NCBI GenBank assembly: GCA_017629245.1
Contig: JAGBXO010000007.1
Span: 14,100-78,099 of the forward strand
DNA: 64,000 bases
Direction of reading: 5' to 3'
DNA from: Alphaproteobacteria bacterium
Lineage (GTDB): Bacteria; Pseudomonadota; Alphaproteobacteria; Rs-D84
Position numbers and translations under genes: made by a program. Of this stretch, positions 57,040 through 64,000 are shown piece by piece; the first letter of the stretch is position 1; the number at the start of each line of letters is the position of its first letter. The notes below the pieces were generated by a model that saw only the letters and a list, made by a program, of their open reading frames with translations, made no database searches and was not told the origin of the DNA.

Positions 57040-58347
57040 ATGTTTAAAAAAGAAAAAATCAAAGATTTACATTATTCCGTTAATGGCCTGATTTCTGCGA
57101 ATGATTTGCAGGCCGCAGCCGACGAAATTTTATTAGAATACGGCAAAAAGGTTAAAATGCCGGGCTTTCGCGAAGGCAAGGTTCCACTATCAATTTTGCG
57201 TCAAAAATACAACGCATCTGCATATGGCGAAGCAATTGATAAATTAATGAACGACGATTTAAACAACTATATCGCAGAAAAGAAAATTCGCTTGGCTGGC
57301 GCACCAAAGGCTGACCTGGCGGGTTGGGAAATTGGCAAAGACGCAGAATACTCATTAGAATTTGACATTCTGCCAACATTGCCAGAAATTGACCTGAGCA
57401 AAATCACTGTCACTAAAAAGGTTGCAGAGCTGGATGAAAAAGAAGTTGAAACTGCACTGGAAAACATCCGCAAATCACGTAGTGTTGCAGAAAAACAAGA
57501 CGAAAAATACAAAGCTGCCAACGGCGACGTTGCTGTTATTGACTTCAAGGGTTTTGTAAATAACGAAGCTTTTGAAGGTGGCGAAGCAAAAAAACACCAC
57601 CTTATTTTAGGCTCTGGTGCTTTTATTCCAGGTTTCGAAGACCAAATCATCGGTCATAAAATTGGCGACAAATTTGATGTAAATGTTAAATTCCCATCTG
57701 ATTATCATGCTGAAAACCTGGCGGGCCAAGATGCGCGCTTCGAAGTCGAAATTCATGAAATTCGTAAACATATCTTGCCAGAATTAAATGACGAATTGGC
57801 AAAACAGGTTGGCCAGGAAACGGTTGATGCCCTGCGCGAACACATTCGCAATATCTTGAACGAACAATATGCAGATGTTGCACAACGCGAAATGCGCGAC
57901 GAATTATTGGATGTTTTAGCCGATAAAGTAAAATTAGACCTGCCTGAAACATTGGTTGAACAAGAATACAATATGGCAAAATCTGAATTTGACCGCAACC
58001 ATGCACACTGTGGCGATGAAAAATGCGACCACAAATGGGACGAAAAATCAGAACGCAAAGACGCAGAACGCCGCGTAAAATTAGGTCTGATTTTGGCAGA
58101 ATGGGGTACACAAAATAATGTAGAGGTCACACGCGACGACCTGCAACAGGCAATCTGGGCCGAAGCGGCACGCTATCCAGATCCAAAACAGGTATTTGAA
58201 TTCTATAACAAGAATCAAAATGCCTTGGCAATGTTGCGTGGCATGTTATTTGAACGCAAGGCCCTGGATGCAATGTTAACAAATGTCAAGACCAAAGAAA
58301 AAAAGGTCAAAGCAGACGAATTGTTTAAACAAGCATCTGTCCGTTAA
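57040..58347 (+). CDS. tig: Trigger factor
   Basis: N-terminal ribosome-binding domain (…GFREGKVPLSIL…) and FKBP-type PPIase (…GDVAVIDFKGF…). It contains an unusual Cys/His-rich insert, HAHCGDEKCDHKWDEK. Confidence 0.85.
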   Translation: MFKKEKIKDLHYSVNGLISANDLQAAADEILLEYGKKVKMPGFREGKVPLSILRQKYNASAYGEAIDKLMNDDLNNYIAEKKIRLAGAPKADLAGWEIGKDAEYSLEFDILPTLPEIDLSKITVTKKVAELDEKEVETALENIRKSRSVAEKQDEKYKAANGDVAVIDFKGFVNNEAFEGGEAKKHHLILGSGAFIPGFEDQIIGHKIGDKFDVNVKFPSDYHAENLAGQDARFEVEIHEIRKHILPELNDELAKQVGQETVDALREHIRNILNEQYADVAQREMRDELLDVLADKVKLDLPETLVEQEYNMAKSEFDRNHAHCGDEKCDHKWDEKSERKDAERRVKLGLILAEWGTQNNVEVTRDDLQQAIWAEAARYPDPKQVFEFYNKNQNALAMLRGMLFERKALDAMLTNVKTKEKKVKADELFKQASVR

Positions 58348-58352
58348 TTAGT

Positions 58353-58377
58353 GGCGCGCCAACCGGCGCGCTTTTTC
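58353..58377 (+). terminator. Terminator after tig
   Basis: GCGCGCC-aacc-GGCGCGC hairpin plus T5. Confidence 0.5.
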
Positions 58378-58397
58378 TTATATTATGGAGAATAACT

Positions 58398-59369
58398 ATG
58401 CAAGCATACCTTGACATATTAAAAAACATACACAGCAACTGTACCGAATATCGCAACAATCGCACCGGCATTCCTGACATTGGTCTGGGGCACGGCGCAA
58501 CATTTGTCCACGATATGAACATGGGATTTCCACTGATTACAACCAAGAAAATGGGGTTAAAAAACATCGCAACAGAACTAGAATTTTTCCTGCATGGAAT
58601 TACCGATAAAAAATGGCTAACTGACCGCAACTGTAAAATCTGGAATGAATGGGCAAACCCAATAAAGGTCGAACAGGAATACAATCTAAAACGCGGATTA
58701 CTGGAATACCAGGGCAAGCGCAAACTAGACACAAACCAACAAAAAATTCTGCGCAATTCCATAATGGATAACGAACGTGACCTGGGGCCAATTTATGGAT
58801 TTCAATGGCGGCACTTTGGTGGCGAATACCAGTGGGATTTGGGACGCATAGAACGCAATCCAACCGATAACTTTAACCCACAAAAACCCGGCATAGACCA
58901 GGTTGCAAACGCCATAGATAAATTAAAGAATAATCCAACCGACCGGCGTATAATTGTTTCGGCCTGGAATCCGGTTGATTTTCCACAAATGGCATTGCCA
59001 CCATGCCATGTCATGCACCAATTAATCGTGCGCGACGGCAAATTAAATCTAATCTGGACCCAGCGGTCATGCGATATGTTCTTGGGCATTCCATATAATA
59101 TCGCCAGCTATGCATTATTGCTGTTATTATACGCAAAAGAAGCAGGCTTGAAACCTGGCATTCTAAAAGGCGAACTACATGACGCGCACATATACCAAAA
59201 CCATCTGCCCCAGGTTGCCCAGCAACTTCAGCGCACACCATACAAACTGCCATCTGTTGAAATACCAGATGAAAATTGGCATGGCATGTTAAATTGGCAC
59301 GCAGACGGTGGTTTTAAACTAAAAGACTATGTTTGTCACGAACGACTGCGTGGCGATGTTGCACGATAA
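58398..59369 (+). CDS. thyA: Thymidylate synthase (long form, 323 aa)
   Basis: Active-site region IVSAWNPVDFPQMALPPCHVMHQLIV…RSCDMFLGIPYNIASYALL, with a ~60-aa insertion in the small domain. Confidence 0.9.
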   Translation: MQAYLDILKNIHSNCTEYRNNRTGIPDIGLGHGATFVHDMNMGFPLITTKKMGLKNIATELEFFLHGITDKKWLTDRNCKIWNEWANPIKVEQEYNLKRGLLEYQGKRKLDTNQQKILRNSIMDNERDLGPIYGFQWRHFGGEYQWDLGRIERNPTDNFNPQKPGIDQVANAIDKLKNNPTDRRIIVSAWNPVDFPQMALPPCHVMHQLIVRDGKLNLIWTQRSCDMFLGIPYNIASYALLLLLYAKEAGLKPGILKGELHDAHIYQNHLPQVAQQLQRTPYKLPSVEIPDENWHGMLNWHADGGFKLKDYVCHERLRGDVAR

Positions 59370-59370
59370 G

Positions 59371-59404
59371 AAAAAAGCGCCCAACAGGGCGCCTCTTTTT
59401 TTTT
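59371..59404. terminator. Bidirectional terminator between thyA and the 59403..61787 gene
   Basis: GCGCCC-aaca-GGGCGC hairpin flanked by A6 and T9. Confidence 0.55.
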
Positions 59405-61787
59405 AATTCATTGGTGGAAAACAATCATCTGTTCCAATGGCACAGCATAAATATTCGCCATCTACATCTGCCAATTCTTCCCCAGCACAGCACCCATCCG
59501 CATCTGGCGCATTTCCATCCGCACAGGTTTCTTGTGTTTCTGTTTCTTCAAAAACCTGTTGTGTCACATATTGATGTGTCGCAGGTTCAATTTCTTGTTC
59601 TTCTACAATTGTTGGGCGAACAATTTGGGCATCTGCCATAACATCAACCCCCATATCCTCTTCCAACATTTCATCAATTTCTTGAACAACTGTCGCAGAA
59701 TCCGTTTCATATTCTTCATCCGCCACAAACATTTTTTCATTTTGCGAAACACCATATGCCGGCTTGCTGGCCAGAATTTCTTCTTCTGTCATAATTTTTT
59801 TTGCAGGCTGCGCATCTTCTTCCGTCAAGAAAGGCGATACGGGCTCAATAACAGCAACTGTTGGCTCTGGCACAACTGTTACAGGTTCTTCCACAACTGG
59901 CGTCACGGGCACTGGTTCTGGTTCAACTGCAACCTCTAACTGAACAGGTTCTGGTTCAACAACAGGAACAGGTTCCGGCACAACATCTGGGATTACCACA
60001 GGTTCTGGCTCTGCAACCGGTACAGGCTCTGGTTCTGTGACCACCACTTCTTCTTCAACAACTGGCGTCACCTCTTCAACGGTCACTTCTGCCACAACTG
60101 GCTCTTCTGACACTTCTTCTTCAACTACCGTCGCCACCTCTACCACAGGCTCTTCTGCAGCCACGACTTGCTCTTGCTGTGTTTTTGCCCCCAATTCTGG
60201 AACAGATTTATTTGTCGTATTTTGATAGAACCATAATGTAAACACAGACAAAACAATCAATATAATTAACAATACATAATACAGCATTGTTGGCTTGCGC
60301 GGTGTAATCGTCGCATCTGCCACAGGGGCAGGGGGCAACGCATCGCCATCGCCACCAGATATTGGCGACACAGGTCGCATTCCAGAATCAATCGGGGCCG
60401 GTTCTATATCATCCAAAGGCGCAGGTGCCGGCAACGGTTCAACCACCGCCTGGGGTACTACTGGCGCATCATAATCAACATTGTCCGCCGCATACACCTG
60501 TGGTGCGGCCGGAACTTCAACCGGCGCAATCTGTGGAATTTCAACTGGCGCAATAGACGGCATCAATTCAGAATCAATCTGAACCTGGGGCTCTGATACG
60601 GATGTTATCGTATCCAACACAGGCGCAACAGGCTCTACATCCTGTTGGGGTTCCAGCACCGGCGGCTGAAAACTGCCCAACACAATATCATCATAATTAT
60701 TCCCCGATTCTTGCCCCATCGGAATATCAGCTACAGGTTCAAAGACAACTGGTTCAATTGCTGATTGTGGCACGGGCATAGGCAACAAATCATCTTCCAC
60801 ATCTGCATCCATTATATGTGTTGACGAGACATCGCCCTGTGTCGAACTTGAACTAAAATCGACCGGTTTAAATGCAATTTCATCATCTAATATTTTTGGA
60901 TCCGTATCAAATAAAGGTTTTACTTCTTCGTCGGCCATCTTTTCTGCCCTTGGTTCTAAATTATCATTGTTGTTAATTATATTTATTTGTGGCGCAAACA
61001 CAATCCCTTCTGATTCCTTGGGTTTGTTTTCCACCACAAGCGGGATTGACTTCTTGGGCTGTGCCACAGGCAACGCCACATCATCTGCGTCTAAAATCGT
61101 TAAGATATTATTTGCAACATCAATTTCTTCCAACGCCACATCTAAACGCCGTTGCGCCCGATGCAAACGTTTTTTTGCACGCCCCAACTTACCCATTGCT
61201 GTTTCAATTTGGTTTTCTGTTCGCAGAATCTTAGCTGCAGACTGCTTAGTAGGCTCTCGCCCAATCTCGCGCCGTTGCACAACCAACTTTGCACGCAAAG
61301 TCTTTAAACGCCCCTGCAATTCAGAAATTGTATCCTTGGTTTTATCAACCGTTTCACGCGCACGATCTGCCGTTAATTCCGCAGCCCCCATTCTTTCAAA
61401 AGCCGCCCGTCGTGCCGCTTCATTACGAAACACCGCCAAATTCTGCAACGCCACATCCAGCCCATCACCATTATCATTTGCACGAATTAAATCATCATAC
61501 TGGGCCAACCCTGCATATTCAATATCCAGCTTCTGATATTTATTATCCTTTTTTGGACGCACCATCTCCAGGTCAACACCATAGTCATTGGCCAATATAT
61601 CATCCCATTTACGATCCCCAACCGGATTAATCACCAATAAAACATTCGGCTTAACCTGCGATTCCGTATAGTCCAAAACAAAAACAATCTTGCCATCCGC
61701 ATCATAATACGCGCGCAACACATTGCCCGAAATATCAAAATCGACAGAAGTTAATGGTTGATAAAGATTTTCTCTCTCGTTTTGCAT
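59403..61787 (-). CDS. Large single-pass membrane protein (794 aa) with N-terminal coiled-coil domain, central TM helix, acidic Pro/Glu/Val tandem repeats and a C-terminal Cys-rich tail
   Basis: TM helix MLYYVLLIILIVLSVFTLWFY. Repeats of EPVP/VVEPEPV/VTEPEPVPVAEPEPVVIPDVVPEPVPVVEPEPV type. C-terminus CADGNAPDADGCCAGEELADVDGEYLCCAIGTDDC. The gap after gcrA is 19 nt. Confidence 0.5.
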   Translation of the reverse strand: MQNERENLYQPLTSVDFDISGNVLRAYYDADGKIVFVLDYTESQVKPNVLLVINPVGDRKWDDILANDYGVDLEMVRPKKDNKYQKLDIEYAGLAQYDDLIRANDNGDGLDVALQNLAVFRNEAARRAAFERMGAAELTADRARETVDKTKDTISELQGRLKTLRAKLVVQRREIGREPTKQSAAKILRTENQIETAMGKLGRAKKRLHRAQRRLDVALEEIDVANNILTILDADDVALPVAQPKKSIPLVVENKPKESEGIVFAPQINIINNNDNLEPRAEKMADEEVKPLFDTDPKILDDEIAFKPVDFSSSSTQGDVSSTHIMDADVEDDLLPMPVPQSAIEPVVFEPVADIPMGQESGNNYDDIVLGSFQPPVLEPQQDVEPVAPVLDTITSVSEPQVQIDSELMPSIAPVEIPQIAPVEVPAAPQVYAADNVDYDAPVVPQAVVEPLPAPAPLDDIEPAPIDSGMRPVSPISGGDGDALPPAPVADATITPRKPTMLYYVLLIILIVLSVFTLWFYQNTTNKSVPELGAKTQQEQVVAAEEPVVEVATVVEEEVSEEPVVAEVTVEEVTPVVEEEVVVTEPEPVPVAEPEPVVIPDVVPEPVPVVEPEPVQLEVAVEPEPVPVTPVVEEPVTVVPEPTVAVIEPVSPFLTEEDAQPAKKIMTEEEILASKPAYGVSQNEKMFVADEEYETDSATVVQEIDEMLEEDMGVDVMADAQIVRPTIVEEQEIEPATHQYVTQQVFEETETQETCADGNAPDADGCCAGEELADVDGEYLCCAIGTDDCFPPMN

Positions 61788-61805
61788 ATACCCAATCCCT
61801 AAAAA

Positions 61806-62414
61806 CTATTTTTTCTTTGGTGGTGTAAACTGATACGCATGTTTACAGTGCTCATAACAGTACGGTTTACCAACAAAAACCGTTTCGCCACAAAAATGAA
61901 AATGTTCAGAATCCGGATCACCGATTGGCCAACGACATTGGTTCGGCTTTAAGTTAGCCATTTCCAAAGAATGTTGAACAATACGTTGATGTATCGCCAG
62001 TTTTTTTACATCGGTCTTGCCTGTCTTAACTTCGGCTTGTTCTGTTTCATTAACAGCTTCTGCCACTTTCTTCTCTTGTTTTACAACAATCGTTTTTTTC
62101 ACAGCAACCTTTACAGCATCCTTTTTTTTCACCGCTGCTTTTTTTGTTGCCTCTTTGACACTGGCCTCCGCCTTAGTGGTTGTCACCTTTTTTACCGATG
62201 ATTTATCGGCCGTTTTCTTGCCCACCACCTTAACTTCCGCATCTTTTGCCGTCAACGCACCACCCGCCTTGGCATTCCACCCCAGGCGATTCAACTTACC
62301 AACAATAGCGTTCTTGGACATCCCCAAACGCTTACCAATTTCAGAAGTAGAAAGCCCTTTACCCGTCAAAGCTTTTAACTTTTTTAGCGTTACACTATCC
62401 CAGCCTTTACTCAT
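61806..62414 (-). CDS. gcrA: Cell-cycle transcriptional regulator GcrA
   Basis: N-terminus W-x-…LKKL-…GLS-SEIG--LG-S-NAI-GK--RLG. C-terminus CRWPIGDP…FHFCG…GKPYC-EHC. Confidence 0.8.
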   Translation of the reverse strand: MSKGWDSVTLKKLKALTGKGLSTSEIGKRLGMSKNAIVGKLNRLGWNAKAGGALTAKDAEVKVVGKKTADKSSVKKVTTTKAEASVKEATKKAAVKKKDAVKVAVKKTIVVKQEKKVAEAVNETEQAEVKTGKTDVKKLAIHQRIVQHSLEMANLKPNQCRWPIGDPDSEHFHFCGETVFVGKPYCYEHCKHAYQFTPPKKK

Positions 62415-62488
62415 TTCACAAAATCCTTGTTATATACTATAATAGACAGTGTAACACATATCCGATTCGAAAGGCAAGGGTTAAAAAC

Positions 62489-62959
62489 ATGATTTTTTAC
62501 ATATTTTTTATTGCTTTACTGGCATTTGCCGCATATTGCGCAATTCAAATTTCACTGAATGATTTCCGTCACAGATTAATTCCAGACAAATACCTATTCC
62601 CTCTAATGTTAACTGGATTACTACTAATATGCTTTTTTCCATTTCCCGTATCATTATCTGATGCGGTTCTGGGGGCAACATTTGGCTATGTCATGACAAC
62701 GATTATCGGCATCATATTCGACTACAAATTGCGTAACAAGAACCAAAACACCACACCACCTATCGGCATGGGCGATATAAAACTAATTGGCGTTGGCGGA
62801 CTGTGGTTGGGAACAATGGGGCTGTCTATTTCTTTGATTATCGCGTGCATTTCTGGCGCAATTTGGGCGCATAACAAAAAACAAAAATACATTCCATTTG
62901 CGCCATTCTTTTTACTGGGTGGATTTTTATCTTTCATTACAATTACAATTTTGTTATAA
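62489..62959 (+). CDS. A24-family prepilin peptidase (CpaA-like)
   Basis: Polytopic membrane protein with the MGDIKLIGVGGLWLG motif typical of type IV prepilin peptidases. Confidence 0.55.
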   Translation: MIFYIFFIALLAFAAYCAIQISLNDFRHRLIPDKYLFPLMLTGLLLICFFPFPVSLSDAVLGATFGYVMTTIIGIIFDYKLRNKNQNTTPPIGMGDIKLIGVGGLWLGTMGLSISLIIACISGAIWAHNKKQKYIPFAPFFLLGGFLSFITITILL

Positions 62960-62981
62960 TCAAACCAACCAGGGCCCCAGG

Positions 62982-63899
62982 ATGAGAGTTAACTACAAAA
63001 TATTACTTAATTTTGTTATTTTTTTATGCATCATATTTTCAGATGCATTGGCGGCCAAGCCATTATCAAATTATGGCAACATCCAAACCGTACAAAACTA
63101 TTCATCAAACCCATTTTGGACACCAGATGCCCCATATAATCAACGTATGCCAACACCGGTCTATGCCACAGGCACAAGCATTGAAACCGCGGAATGCCAA
63201 CGCATTACTGCAAACCTGATTGCCGCCCAATGCATGACACGAAACAATTGCATATCAACCCGTCTGTCAGATATACGCCCCGCATTAATGATGCAATTAA
63301 CGAACATGCCTGGTGGGAATTACGGAACCGCGTGCGCGGGCTATCTAGACTCTGCATTCAATGACTATGTGAAAAAATACGGGCATGCCGGTACAAATGT
63401 TGCAGGCGCCACATTCCCTGCACCAACTATTCCGAACCCCAGTGCTAATTCGCCCCAGCCGCAGGTAAATACAAATAATACATTTCCACAACAAAAACCA
63501 GATTGGATGGTTGAACAAGAAATGCGCAAGCAAGAATTGCAGGCCTTAAAAGCGGCCAGCGGCACAAAACCTGTTGGTGTTGATCTAGACACAGAATTTC
63601 CAACAACATATGCCGACTTGTCTTTTGAACAACGTATGCAGAACGCCAAAGAAGGCTATGACCCCTTTAAAGACAACAGCGCATTTAAAACCATAACTGT
63701 CGAATCCGAAGAAAAATACCAGGCTCGTCGTAAAGAATATCTGGCACTTCAGAAGAAACAGCAACAAGCACGTGACAAACAAGAGCTATCCAACAAAGAA
63801 TATTGCAAAAAATATCCCCAAGATGAAAGTTGCAAAAAACAAACACATGAAGAACTGATGCAAAAAATTATAGAAGCATTAAGAGATGCAAAGAAATGA
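62982..63899 (+). CDS. Secreted hypothetical protein (~305 aa) with Lys/Glu/Gln-rich C-terminus
   Basis: Signal peptide MRVNYKILLNFVIFLCIIFSDALAA, with a CAGGA RBS just upstream. The ORF-track start at 62898 would overlap the peptidase gene. Confidence 0.45.
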   Translation: MRVNYKILLNFVIFLCIIFSDALAAKPLSNYGNIQTVQNYSSNPFWTPDAPYNQRMPTPVYATGTSIETAECQRITANLIAAQCMTRNNCISTRLSDIRPALMMQLTNMPGGNYGTACAGYLDSAFNDYVKKYGHAGTNVAGATFPAPTIPNPSANSPQPQVNTNNTFPQQKPDWMVEQEMRKQELQALKAASGTKPVGVDLDTEFPTTYADLSFEQRMQNAKEGYDPFKDNSAFKTITVESEEKYQARRKEYLALQKKQQQARDKQELSNKEYCKKYPQDESCKKQTHEELMQKIIEALRDAKK

Positions 63900-64000
63900 A
63901 ATTAACAAAAAAAATCTTTTTCGCTTTTATTATATTGCTGACCACACATCAGGTGTCTTATGCAAACATATCCACCGAATGCACAAAATACACTGACTGT
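63896..64000 (+). CDS. Secreted hypothetical protein, N-terminal fragment (runs off window end)
   Basis: Its ATG overlaps the previous gene's stop (ATGA). It encodes MKLTKKIFFAFIILLTTHQVSYANISTECTKYTDC, a signal peptide followed by Cys residues. Confidence 0.35.
   Translation, partial: MKLTKKIFFAFIILLTTHQVSYANISTECTKYTDC

Noticed and set aside
62415-62488. CtrA or DnaA boxes in the gcrA / prepilin-peptidase divergent promoter region
   Set aside because: There are only partial TTAA-N7-ATTT and no TTATCCACA-like match; not supportable by eye.
62898-62981. Longer N-terminal extension of the secreted protein gene (ORF-track start 62898)
   Set aside because: The extension overlaps the prepilin peptidase gene by 60 nt and lacks an RBS. 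The internal ATG at 62982 has an RBS and begins a textbook signal peptide.

Overview
This 64 kb window looks like an alphaproteobacterial chromosome segment, probably from a host-associated or intracellular lineage. This is inferred from GcrA, an AddA-type helicase-nuclease and a ruvB-ybgC-tolQ-tolR-tolA block, together with AT-rich intergenic regions, clean rho-independent terminators and very large eukaryote-like surface proteins. Housekeeping genes make up most of the window: smpB, addA, recN, xseA, tsaD, dnaK, gpmI, rsmH, dnaE, secA, ruvB, tolQRA, argS, rplM-rpsI, tig, thyA and gcrA. Interleaved with them are accessory islands: (i) two paralogous giant cysteine-rich secreted proteins of 2299 and about 2370 aa; (ii) an orphan AbiEii-like nucleotidyltransferase translationally coupled to a calcineurin-like metallophosphoesterase, behind a consensus sigma70 promoter; (iii) a cluster of secreted Cys-rich proteins and a CPVC membrane protein downstream of rsmH; (iv) addA split in two by a frameshift; (v) a short GTCAT-palindrome repeat present at two loci. 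No rRNA, tRNA, CRISPR array or transposase was recognised. All annotation rests on reading the translated ORFs and the DNA directly; no database search was run.
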